Part shown: one piece after another, positions 1-11,200 of the stretch
Layout: each line of letters begins with the position of its first letter
Position numbering within the stretch: the first letter of the stretch is position 1
Origin: a virus
Lineage: Duplodnaviria; Caudoviricetes
IMG/VR virus record: IMGVR_UViG_2880074916_000002
Coordinates: 3,610 to 67,609 of that record
DNA: 64,000 nt
Strand: one strand, 5' to 3'
Made by a program: the position numbers and the translations under genes
Notes under the pieces: model-generated
Database searches by the model: none
Seen by the model: the letters and a program-made list of their open reading frames with translations, nothing else
Told to the model about the DNA's origin: nothing

Positions 1-432
1 CGGAGCAATAACTATTAAAAACTTTCCAGTCGATTGAAAGTTTTCAGGAATATTCTTAATATAAGTGGGCATCTCATCTCTAATTATTTTAGAGTCTTTA
101 AGTTTTTGAACTAACTCTTGATGTATTATTTTAAAATAATCCTTTCTAATTTCAAGGTTAAGCTTACTAGGTAATATCTTTACTTTTTTCACATCCTTGA
201 TTTTTTGCTTAATTTGTTCATCTTGAGCTAAAAGATCACTAAATTCAACATATTGAAATTCATCTGGAGAATTACAACCAAAATAATCAACCGATTTTAA
301 TTCACTGTTCTCACATTTAGTCTTTATACCACTATCACCATCAACTTTATATGCTTTCTTGCTAATAACAATTGTCGTGTAATCTTGCATTTCATGATCT
401 ATATCTTCTAAAAAAGTAGTAATACAAATCAT
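1..432 (-). CDS. Partial ORF (runs off window), putative restriction-endonuclease-fold partner of the ATPase
   Basis: Not in ORF track. ATG at 432, 3 nt after the ATPase stop, open to position 1: MICITTFLEDIDHEMQDY...KSVDYFG...YVEFSDL...ELVQKLKDS; D...ExS resembles a PD-(D/E)xK core. Confidence 0.6.
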   Translation of the reverse strand, partial: MICITTFLEDIDHEMQDYTTIVISKKAYKVDGDSGIKTKCENSELKSVDYFGCNSPDEFQYVEFSDLLAQDEQIKQKIKDVKKVKILPSKLNLEIRKDYFKIIHQELVQKLKDSKIIRDEMPTYIKNIPENFQSTGKFLIVIAP

Positions 433-435
433 TTT

Positions 436-1848
436 CTACCAACCACTTTCAAAAGTCATATTCATAAATGACTCTCCTAAGTCATCTTTTATTTGAATTA
501 AAGACTCTATTGGGTTTAGGTGGTCACTTATTGAAACACCATTATTTGACAATCTATTAATTGCAAAATGATTTAAAATTTCATTTTCACTAAGTTCATT
601 CATAATATTTTCAATATATTTGATCATATCAATACTATGTGTAGCTATCACAACATTAATGCCATTTTTACTTAACTCATAAAGAGTTTCAATCATAATT
701 TTTTGCCAAGCAGGATGTAGATTGACCTCAGGTTCATCAATAAATACATAACTACCTTTTGAGATAATATTTCGCTTTAATAGAAGTCCAACAATACCTA
801 AGTTAGTTACACCTGTTGCAGTTAAATTTAAATTAATATTTTTAGAGCAATTCTTATCTTTAAAATAAATTTCTCCACTATCTGTCCATATTAACTCACC
901 TGACAATTCAGAATTAATTTTATCTAACAGATTGTCAACAAAATCATTATTAACTGCATCTCTCTTAATATCTTGATCTAGCAAATCAATTAAATCATAA
1001 AAATATTTAGGAATACCTGATAATTCTGAATCATCTCTAAGGAAACTAAAAATAGAGTTTGTACTAACTTTTTGTCTAATCTCCAATAATGGTTTTCTTA
1101 ACTTCCAATATATTGGAGACTCAACAAAAACAACATTATATAATGATTGAAATTCATTTATTCCATTAAGTTTTAGCTGAAATGTAACAGATTCATTATT
1201 AATTTGGATATCACCTAATCCATCAATATGGAAGCTTGAATTTTCACTTTTAGAATTATATGTTCTAAGATCTGCTAATGATGCTACTTGAAAATTCTCT
1301 TGCAAATTTTTTTTGAATTCATAACTAAATTTATCTACCAAAAATTTTGTACTATCTTTTAGAGTCTCTTTTAATTGTTTTAATTGCCTACTAGATGCAT
1401 CTAGTCTTTCACTAAAGTCTTCATACTTCTTTTTACCATTTAATTCTTTTTTTAAATCATTCATGTGTCCATCTACAACAGTAAATTTATCACTTAGAAT
1501 AAATTTATAACTATTTTGCTCTTCAAATGGTAATTTATCAAAATTAGTTAAAATCTCTTCAATTTGAATAATGTTTTTAATTAATTCATTATAAACATTT
1601 ATTACTTTAATGCTTGGATCACGAACAGAATTAAAACCAAATCTAAGTAAATTTTTAAGAGGTTTTAAAAGACGTAAGTATTCTACGCTCACATAATTTT
1701 TATTAATTGTACTAAAAAAACTGTAAAGTGCTCTGGATAAAAAACTTTTACCAGAAGAGTTTGTGCCAGCAATTACAGTAAAAGATGATAAATTAACCTT
1801 TGCATCTTTAATTTTACCAAAATTTTTTACCTCTAAGCTATATTTCAT
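436..1848 (-). CDS. ABC-type AAA_15/AAA_21 ATPase (defence-associated type)
   Basis: Walker A GTNSSGKS, Walker B/D-loop YVFIDEPEVNLHP, H-loop IATHS; likely start MKYSLEVKNFGKIK at 1848. Confidence 0.85.
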   Translation of the reverse strand: MKYSLEVKNFGKIKDAKVNLSSFTVIAGTNSSGKSFLSRALYSFFSTINKNYVSVEYLRLLKPLKNLLRFGFNSVRDPSIKVINVYNELIKNIIQIEEILTNFDKLPFEEQNSYKFILSDKFTVVDGHMNDLKKELNGKKKYEDFSERLDASSRQLKQLKETLKDSTKFLVDKFSYEFKKNLQENFQVASLADLRTYNSKSENSSFHIDGLGDIQINNESVTFQLKLNGINEFQSLYNVVFVESPIYWKLRKPLLEIRQKVSTNSIFSFLRDDSELSGIPKYFYDLIDLLDQDIKRDAVNNDFVDNLLDKINSELSGELIWTDSGEIYFKDKNCSKNINLNLTATGVTNLGIVGLLLKRNIISKGSYVFIDEPEVNLHPAWQKIMIETLYELSKNGINVVIATHSIDMIKYIENIMNELSENEILNHFAINRLSNNGVSISDHLNPIESLIQIKDDLGESFMNMTFESGW

Positions 1849-1947
1849 ATATTTTTCTAAGAAACAACAAAAAAAATATTCTAACACGATTATTTTTTTA
1901 AGCATAATTAATCCTTCAACCCTTAAAATATATTTTTATTTTAAATA

Positions 1948-3025
1948 AGTTGTCATTAAAAAGTAAACATGTATTCTTTTCCGAATTGGTTTGATACTTT
2001 CTCCACCCATTGCTCTATTTTGTCAGCTGTCATGACTTGAAAATCTCGCCAATAATATTTCATCTGCTTCCATACCATCTCGATTCGATTTAACTCAGGG
2101 CTATAAGCTGGAATAAAATACAGATTCGTCGAAAAGTTAGTTTTAAGTAGCTCTCTGTAATCAGCCATCTTTTTACTTCTATGAATCGAGGCATTATCAA
2201 CAATAAGAACCAATGGAAGGTTATACGTCTGTTTTACTTGTTGAGCTATTCCAGTTAAATAGGCATAAAACCAAGTGCTTGTCACTGACTCTTGTAAACA
2301 ACTAGTCACCAGTTTCCCCGTTGAAAGTAAACACCCCATGACATTAACTCGTTTTAATCTTATTGCATCAACCGCATGAACATCACCTATCTTTGTCCAC
2401 GCATAGCGGTTATCAGGTGTAGATGAAAATCCTGTTTCATCAACATAACCTAATATAATTTCACCACGTGCCGCTTGCTCTCGTAATTCTTCAATCTGCT
2501 GTGTTGCTTGTTCAAATGCAATCGGATCTCTTTTTTTTCAAGCTATGACGGGTACGCTTGAAGACCATACCTGAATCACGTAAAAACTTACGAATGGTTT
2601 CAACAGACACGGACACTTCGTATTCTTCATGTAGTTTGACTCGGATTTGTTCTGCATTGAGTGGACTTGTATTGACCCAATCTAGGATTTTCGCCTGATA
2701 GTCTGAGATCAATGTATTGGGTCGACCTGAGCGATGACCTTCTTTAATCGATTCAAACTCATACAATTCCCAACGTCGGCGTTGTAGCCTTATGGTTTCT
2801 GGGATACGTTCTTGTAGAGTGGCAACTTCCGCAACACTTTTACCTTCGGAAAGCCAGAGAATAGTTTGGGCACGTTGCCTTTCACGCCAATGTTTTGCAT
2901 GCTTGACCAGAAAAATGAGTCGTTCTCGCTGTTCTAAACTAAGTGGTACAGAAACAATTCTAGGCATGTGTGAACATCTGTTAACTAAAAAAACCTTTTC
3001 GCATCATTAGTTATTTTTGTCAACT
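1948..3025 (-). mobile_element. IS630-family insertion sequence, 1078 bp
   Basis: TA duplication at 1946-1947 and 3026-3027; imperfect terminal IR AGTTGTCA / AGTTGACA; encodes DDE transposase. Confidence 0.85.
1956..2967 (-). CDS. IS630 transposase in two frames joined by a +1 shift at an A8 run (2531-2538)
   Basis: HTH N-terminal part (2512-2967); downstream frame has YVDETG, IVDNASIH and ELNRIEMVW (D,D,E); losing one A gives LKKRDPIAFE. Confidence 0.85.
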
Positions 3026-3272
3026 TACAAAGCATTATATTTATATCCTTACATTTTCTAAGACTTTTTGTTCAAATTTTCTTTCCAATCATTTTTTAAG
3101 GGCTTTTTCTTCGTTCATAACTTTTTTCTACACAAGAAAGCTTAAAAACATCTTTCTTGAAATCATGAAGGAAAATTCTACAACTTACATGGCAACTTTA
3201 CTCCTACATTCATTGAGCAAAGACGCTAAGTATTGCTAGACTACACGTAATGTTTTGACTTTAAAATAATTT

Positions 3273-3491
3273 ATGAAATTCTTACTCATTTTAGTTTTGG
3301 GGTTCACTTCCATTCAGGCGTATGCCAAAAAATGTGCTGACTTTAAAACACAAAAAGAAGCCCAAGCTTGGTATGAACAACGCAAAAAATCAGGGCAAAC
3401 AGGTTGGAAAAGTTTAGACCGAGATGGTGATGGTCAAGCATGTGATTGCCTACCAGGTGGAAACGGCACAAAATGCCCGAAAAAGAAATAA
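3273..3491 (+). CDS. Secreted Excalibur calcium-binding domain protein
   Basis: Signal peptide, KCADFKTQKEAQ and the DRDGDGQACD Ca-binding loop. Confidence 0.85.
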   Translation: MKFLLILVLGFTSIQAYAKKCADFKTQKEAQAWYEQRKKSGQTGWKSLDRDGDGQACDCLPGGNGTKCPKKK

Positions 3492-3529
3492 TATTTTATG
3501 AAGGCTTTAATAGATCTAAGTTAAGACAT

Positions 3530-3551
3530 GCCCTCATTAGAGGGCTTTTTC
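3530..3551 (+). terminator. Intrinsic terminator overlapping the endolysin stop
   Basis: GCCCTC-ATTA-GAGGGC followed by T6. Confidence 0.7.
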
Positions 3552-4163
3552 AAACAACTTTCTTTCTTTAGCTCGTCGATTCACCAACCCCTGAACTCGC
3601 TTACCATTATCAAATACCCAGCGATCAAACTGATTTGCTGCAGCTGTTAAATTGTTTTGATTAATGAGAGTGAGCATTGTGCTTTTCTTAAATGCATTCT
3701 CACCTATGTTATAGACAAATGAAGCCAGTGCATCGAATTGATTTTGTGATACAGGCACTTTGACATATTTGTCTAAACAAGCATCCACCCAAACGCAATC
3801 ATCTTTCAACCATTGTTCTGCTTGAGTTTGCGTACAAGTATCGCCTTCTTTAACTCGATTACCGTTTGGATATTTAATCGTACCAATACCAATTGTCCAT
3901 ACACCGCCTGTATCTTGGTAAGCTTTTAATTCCAGACCTTCAAATTCACGAATGATAGCAAACCCATTTTCAGAAATATCACACTGTCCAGTTACCTTGG
4001 TTTTTGGAATATCAAAACCAATAGATTGAGCGAATACGTCTAAACCATTTTTAGCAATGATTTGATCACCAGCAATAACTTGAGCTTGAGTTAATTTGCC
4101 TCCCGACATTGCTCTGAGCCATGAATATGCCTGTGCAACTTGTTGTGATTGATCTGCGCTCAT
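3537..4163 (-). CDS. Endolysin, GH24 phage lysozyme with N-terminal extension
   Basis: E-x8-D-x5-T catalytic motif (EFEGLELKAYQDTGGVWTIG) and GLVNRRAKE. Confidence 0.92.
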   Translation of the reverse strand: MSADQSQQVAQAYSWLRAMSGGKLTQAQVIAGDQIIAKNGLDVFAQSIGFDIPKTKVTGQCDISENGFAIIREFEGLELKAYQDTGGVWTIGIGTIKYPNGNRVKEGDTCTQTQAEQWLKDDCVWVDACLDKYVKVPVSQNQFDALASFVYNIGENAFKKSTMLTLINQNNLTAAANQFDRWVFDNGKRVQGLVNRRAKERKLFEKAL

Positions 4164-4540
4164 TGTTTTCCACCTTTACCATTACTAAGTATTGAAATAA
4201 AGGCAGCTTTAACTTCACTAATAACCTCGGATAAAGGCTTACCCTGCATTAGTGCAATGGACTGATAAAGAATACCAATTCCTAATAATCCAAAAACTGC
4301 AAACATAAGCATCACAAAGCCTTGAGCCATGTGGGAATATTTTGATAATTCATAATATTCAATAAATGCTGAACCGCCATAAAGGCTGACTGAAACGCTG
4401 AATAGAAACTTCCCGATAACTCCTAAGGAAACTTGAATTTTTCCGTTTTTATCAATGTCACCACTTAATACTAGGGCAAGAATAGCCCCTACTACGGCAG
4501 GCACAACTTTGATGATCCATGGAATTGTGTTTTCTTGCAT
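4160..4540 (-). CDS. Putative holin
   Basis: 126 aa with three hydrophobic segments; 4-nt overlap with the endolysin start. Confidence 0.75.
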   Translation of the reverse strand: MQENTIPWIIKVVPAVVGAILALVLSGDIDKNGKIQVSLGVIGKFLFSVSVSLYGGSAFIEYYELSKYSHMAQGFVMLMFAVFGLLGIGILYQSIALMQGKPLSEVISEVKAAFISILSNGKGGKQ

Positions 4541-4551
4541 AACTTGCCCCG

Positions 4552-4587
4552 AAATAAAACTCTACTTTATTCCGTAGAGTTTTATTT
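4552..4587. repeat. Perfect 14-bp inverted repeat in the holin leader
   Basis: AAATAAAACTCTAC-TTTATTCC-GTAGAGTTTTATTT. Confidence 0.85.
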
Positions 4588-4605
4588 AAAGGCGGTTATT
4601 TAGCG

Positions 4606-4619
4606 AACCTTACAGGGGG
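4606..4619 (-). promoter_or_regulatory. Recurring late-gene upstream motif, copy before holin
   Basis: Plus strand AACCTTACAGGGGG. Confidence 0.6.
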
Positions 4620-4683
4620 ATAGTTGTATTTTATAAGTTTATGAGATAAAAATTATAAATTATTATTAATTTTCTTAAAATTT

Positions 4684-5232
4684 ATGGCTATAGAAACCAC
4701 ATACTTTGGATTAAACAATTCAGATTTAGCATTTTGGTCAATGATTGGAACATGGTTAGCCTCAATTGCTACTGTGGCTGCTGTAATTTTGTCTCTTTAT
4801 ATTTCAATAAATACTAATAAATTGAAGCTTAAAATTCTAAATAATATTACACATTTTGGAGATATTAGTTCTATTAATTTTGATGATGTATATTTCGGCA
4901 TAGAAGTCATCAATGTTTGTGACCGCACAATTACTGTTGAAAGTATTTATCTTCTCTTACCAAATAAATCGTCACTTGTTTTTCCATATTATGATAGTCC
5001 CTATTCTACTAGGCTCCCAAAAAAAATTGAGCACTCTGAGAAAACTCAGTTCTACATTTCTTATTTAAAAAATGAAAAGGGCATAAAAGACTATTTATTA
5101 ATACTAAAAGATGGTGATTTAGATTTTAAAAAATGGAGATTTGCTGTACGGATATCAACTGGGCAAGTTTTTACATCTAAAATTAATCCTAGAATTATTT
5201 CAAAACTAGAAGAATTAAAAGAAGCACCCTAA
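4684..5232 (+). CDS. Moron-like hypothetical protein with N-terminal transmembrane helix
   Basis: AT-rich, opposite to late genes; FWSMIGTWLASIATVAAVILSLYI. Confidence 0.75.
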   Translation: MAIETTYFGLNNSDLAFWSMIGTWLASIATVAAVILSLYISINTNKLKLKILNNITHFGDISSINFDDVYFGIEVINVCDRTITVESIYLLLPNKSSLVFPYYDSPYSTRLPKKIEHSEKTQFYISYLKNEKGIKDYLLILKDGDLDFKKWRFAVRISTGQVFTSKINPRIISKLEELKEAP

Positions 5233-5246
5233 GGTGCCTCTTTTTT
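5224..5246 (+). terminator. Terminator between convergent genes
   Basis: GCACC-CTAA-GGTGC then CTC-T6. Confidence 0.5.
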
Positions 5247-8200
5247 ACTCTCCAAAAGCAAAATTACCAGCACTCCGTGCATCTTGACGATTTCGTGACA
5301 AATAAATGCCATCTTCCGCGCGATCTATGCGACGCTGTCTATTTTTATAACTTTGATTTAAGTTCATTCGTGTGATTCTTCGAGATGGATTTTTATCATT
5401 GAATCCTTGAATTTCTGTCCAGATTTCATCCATCTCTTGTTGGTCATCCATCATTTTCGCTCGTGTCCACAAAGTCATTAACCGACCACGACGAGCGTTC
5501 AATTTTTTATCAAGTTGATAAATTGCTGATTTACCTTCATTAGCTGTACGAACATCTGATGGAGAAAAACCCATTCCTTGGACAAGCAAGTCCATTGAAT
5601 TTACTTCGTCCATAATGGATACACCTGTTTTATCCTGCACACCTTCTTCGCCATAGCGATAAGTTTTAGCAAAGTTTTTCAAGAAAACAGGTAACATCGT
5701 TTCCAGACCACGTAAATTATGACCTTCTGAAATTTCTTGTGTACCTTTTGCCACATTAAGTCCAATGCCAGCAACAGGTCCCAATGCTCCAGACATTGCC
5801 GATTCAGCCCACTTTTTACCTTCTAAACCTTCTTGTACATCTGGCAATAACATATTGTTGATTCCAACACGTCCAGATAAATCTATAGGGGTTAATGCGC
5901 GTGGCGCACCTTTCATTAAAAGATTGGAAATTGTAGGATTAAATGCTTCAGCTAAATAGTTTCGTAATGCAATTTCTGCATCCCATGGATCATCATCATC
6001 TCCACCAGCCCATGAAACAACTGACAATAACATTCCCACCAATGGCAAACCTAAAACACCAGCGAAAGTAGCATGCATTGCTAGAATTGCAGCAAGAGAT
6101 TTACGAGCTTCATTGCGCTCTGCATCAGTTTCACCTTTTATAGATTGATAGGTTTGTCGTGCAAGTGTATAAACCATGTTCTGACCAAACTGTTTGAACA
6201 ACAATAAAACCTTAGCCACGTTACCTTGCATGATGCGAGGACGGTTGCCAGAACTATAATCAAAATGTCCTTTGTATGTAGCATCAACAGCTTGATCGAA
6301 AGCCAAATCGTGATTTACTCCAGCTTGACGAGCCAAACGGTATGAAGCAATAAATGTTACTTCACGGTTGAAACGTTCTGCATTATGAAACAATACACTT
6401 GCTGCTCGCATAATTGGACGTGTTTTCCACATAATTCCACTATCTTCGCCTTGTGCGATTCCAGCTAAATCATGTGCTTGTGTTACATCAATAACACCAC
6501 GAGCTACAGCTTCATCATAAGCCTGCTTTTCATCCTTACTTAAAAATTTGGAAATATCCGCACTCATTGTTTTATAAAGATCAGTTTTGCTACCTTCCCA
6601 TTTCACTTTATGAAAATCTACACCCTTTCTAAAATCATTTGATGCTTTAAGTAATTCCTTTCCAGCTTTATCAAATCCCCATCGCGCACCCATAATTGGA
6701 TATGCAACCAAAGCGGTTTGAGATAAGTTGACCATAGCAGCTGCTGGTGATAGACCTAAATAATAAATAAAGCCAAGACTGGTTAATGAGCTTGAAAGTG
6801 GATGACCTTTGGGATTCATTAGGTTTTCATGGCGTTTATTCATTTCATCAATAACACTTTGTGCAGCCGACTGGTTGTAACGATGATCCTGTTTGATTTG
6901 CTCATCAGAATACTTTTGCATAGCATCTAGTTGGTCAGCAAGCTGATCGCCATAACGTAATTTAGCGAGATAATTTGCTCCACTAAACATATTCTGTGCA
7001 TATGCTCGACGAGCATCTTGGCTAAAACCAGCAGTACCTTTACGGTGAATTCCATGTTTCGCCCAACTTAAATCAGGCATTGAAGATAAATAAAGCTGAT
7101 TTAATGTGTCTTCAAAGGCTGCTTGTTCCGCTGTAGATAAACCAAGATTATCAACTTCGGCAAAAAGATTGGACATGAAGCCACGCCCCACGGCATCTCT
7201 TGAAGATCGAAATTCTTTATCTTGAATGACAGGATCAATTTTCCATTGAGGAAATTTCTTCATCATTTCCAAGCGTATTTTTTGCGCTTCACCCATAGTT
7301 TCTGCACGACTAACGCTCTCAACTTGCCCTGTAGTATTTCTAGATACAACTACATATTTCCCGAACCGTGCTAAAGGAAAGTACACACCTTTCACGTAAC
7401 CGTAAAATTGCTGATCCATCTGTTTGATTAAATCAGCTTTCTTTTGGCTCGATAGAGAAGCACGTAAAATTCGCTCTTTTATTGCAAATTGAACTTTGGC
7501 ATAGTGCTTTTTATATGAATCACGTGCTTTGATATACATTGCTTGAGTCTCTGGTGATAAGGAATTAAAGTCAGCTCGGAGTTGCTGATATTTAATTTTA
7601 TTGTCACCAGGTACATATGGTTTTGCTGGATCAATCATTGCTAAGGTTGCGTCATGCATCAAGTCAGCAAGTTGATTTTCATCTTTTAGGTTCGCCCATT
7701 CTCTAACAATTTCATCTGCTTCGGCACCCGCATCGTTTTTATCAGCATCCATTTGAGCAGCAAGTTCATTATATTTATTGAGCTGGGGTAAAAGTTTAGA
7801 ATAAATCTCGGTCAGCTGGCGACGACCTAAAGTTGATAAGCCAATACCTAACCAATCTGTAAATTTATAAGCAGTTTTATCTTTGATTGATTTTACTGAA
7901 ATATTTTTTAGGTTTTTACTCAGATTATCTATGGACTCTTTAGCCGAGCGACTAAACCGAATATCTGCACTCTCACTATTGAACGTCCCAGTATTGCCCT
8001 CAGCCATTTTTACTTGATTTGGCTCTAATGCAACAATGAATTCCTGATTATCAAAATGATGTACTACACCTTGATATTTCCCTGAACTTGTTGCCTCTAC
8101 AATCTTGTCGCGTGAAATATTTTCAGTGGTTTTAAAAGCATTGCGAATATTTACAAATAAAGGCAATACAAAGCCATTATTACCCCGAATATTTGCATAC

Positions 8201-11200
8201 ATATCAGCCGTGTCAAAACTATCAGTTAGATAGATCCCATCACCCAATATTCCATGACCCTGTTTAAATTCATTAAACTCAGACGCAGTACCATGATAAA
8301 CAACCTTAGGTTCACCATTTTCATCGAGAACCTGAGAGGCATTTTTGGCATCATTCTCCCAATCACCAAACCATTTTTTAAATTCAGGTGTACGAACCTG
8401 CAACCATTGTTGTTCAGATAACTGAGTTTTTGCACCGTTTGGTGCTGTCATCCATTGGCTTGTACCATGGTATTTTTGACGAACAGCATCGAGTGATGAT
8501 TGTTCTTTTAGTTGATTAACCATTCGCTCAGACAACACTAATATATCGTCAGGATTAAGGTTTAAATTTATTCCAAACTTATCAAACGCCCATGCTTTTA
8601 CAAACGAAACAATATTGTTTATCAACTTTTGAAGTGCATTACGCTGAATAACATTACGTTGCTGCATTGTTGAAGACAATGTTAACAAATAAGGTAAATA
8701 TTCGAGCTGTTGTCTATTCTTGCCCTGTTCACGTTCAGCAAGCACTTTTGCCGCCATAGCAACTGGATTACCTTGCTCAACCAATTTATCAAATTGACTC
8801 ATCAACCCTTGGTATTGCTTCTGGTTCATCATATTCTGAAAACCAGCATGACCACCCAATTCATGTAGGAATGTCGGTACTGCACTTTCTTTTGTTAGAT
8901 TCGATGCTACGAGTACAGCTTTTCCGTTGTAGTAAAAACCTTCAACACCATCAACTTGATAATCTTGAATAATTTCAAGTTTCCCTTGGCGTTCCAATTC
9001 ATTGATCGTGTCTTTGCCAAAGCGATCTACGAGAACATCACGAACCTGCTGAACGTTTATGCCTGTGCTATTTTCACGGCTACGACTGTATAAAGGTTGG
9101 TCAGAATCATTTTTATTATTCGCAATTTTCTGATCTTTAAATTTTCCAAAATACTTTTGATCAACTACAGCTTTACGCGCTTCAGCTAAAAACATCATCA
9201 GATCAGCGTCATTGTAGCGCGACAGGAACTTATCAAAACCACGGTCACGAAACCATTGACGAATATAGCCAAGCACTTCTTTTAACTTTTGGCGAACAAA
9301 AGGTTTAGATTTTGCATTTTGAGCAACAAAGGCAAATAGCTCTGAAACTAAAGCTTGTTGTACATCTGATTCAGTATAAATTTCATCTTTTACACCTTGG
9401 GTATATGGCTGAACATATGCACTTTCGAATTGCTGCATATCCACGCCATTATCTTGAGCGATTTTACGGATGCCTTTCATCCCACCAAGTGCATTAAAAA
9501 GTTGCTGAAATTTGGTTTTATATTCTTGACCAAATAACTTTTGAACACCTAAACGCCCTATGATTTCATGTACGAGTAATTCCTCATATGCATCAAATGT
9601 AGTAAGCTGTTTTGAGCTATCTCCATATACTTGATCAGCAACCACATAGAGTGTGCCATCATGCCAAACACCGCTTACATCATAGTTTTGGGTTTTGCCA
9701 TTTTCATCTTGGTATGTGGCATCATTTTGTATGACTTTAGGAAGATCCGCAAAACTAGAAATAATTTGAACACTGAAACCACTGACTCTATAATTACCGA
9801 CGACAATACGATCACTAGACGACGTATCTTGTGCAGTGGGCAGTTTGAGATGCTCAAGAATAGAAAGAACTCGTCGAGTAGCACTGACAATGGATAAAGC
9901 ATTAAAAGTGGTATCAAGTGGTGAAGTACCTTTACGATCTTCATCAGGTTTTAATTTATTACGACTGTAATCATTTGTGCCATCATTTCGCTGTTTGATT
10001 TCACCATTTTTACGAGCCTTGATATAGGTTTCCAAGTCTACACGGTTTTTTAAAAACCGATCCAATGCACCTGAGGCAACAGCCTTACGTGTACTACGTT
10101 TGCCGTTCACCACCTCATTTTCACTTTGCTTTTGGGCTTTTGCGATTTCTTTATTTAAATGCTTTAAAGATTCTTGCAATTGCTCGTCTGTAGCCTTTCC
10201 ATAAACACCACTATGTAAATCATTGATTGTTTTCTGACGTATTTTCTCAGCGCGGATATTCTCTATGCTTTCTTTTAAATTCTGTGGAGAAGACGGTTTT
10301 GAGGTATCGCCATTTTTAAGCCAGTCTTTGAACTGCCCCATATCCATGTTGCGGATAGGACCTACCTTCCAGCCCTTATCAAAGTTTGATTTATAAGCAG
10401 TAATAGCTTCTTCTTGATTGTTAAATCCAAGCATAACTTTATGTTCATCAAAGTTACCTGATGCTTGGTCAATCTGATCCACTATAAATACCTGATTGGA
10501 ATCTGGATTATGACCAATGTAGGTATCAATATGCTCGTTATCAGCGCCTTTGGTACGCTTGATATAACCATAATGGTCGCTCATCGCATGCGCCCATGCT
10601 TTACCATTTGGGTCGGTACCACGACGTTCAGAACCTTTGGGATTTTCAATAGATATATCTAAACCCTGAACTTTGATATGTCCTTTCTTATAATTTCCAG
10701 CCTCAATCTGCGCTTGGGTTGGTTCAGGCGTATTATTTTGGAAGCTTGTTGCTGCTTGATGTGCATTCTCATCAATACTAACGGCGTTGGGTTTCTTACC
10801 AACCCATTCACCTGTAGTCGGATGTTTCATACCAATGATTTCAACTGAACCATCTGGTTTTTGTACTGCATTGTAGTTTGGATTATTTAATGCATTGGTC
10901 TTTTTCTTGTCATCACGTAAATCAATTGTGAAATCATCACCTAAAAGCTCAACATCTGACATGACACTTTCAGGTGTATCGCCATATTGAGTTTGGATCT
11001 GATCAGGTGTTACAGGGATATTTTGTGAAATTGTATCGGTTTCTGCCTGTTGAGATTTAAGCTGATTAATTTGTTTTCTTAACTTGGCTTTTTCAGAAAC
11101 AGTTTTAGCTTCTGAAAGTTGTTGCTCCAGTTGAGAAATCTGATCTGTAATATTGTTAGTTTGGGTTTGGTCAATATCATTTTGACCGTTCAGATTACTA

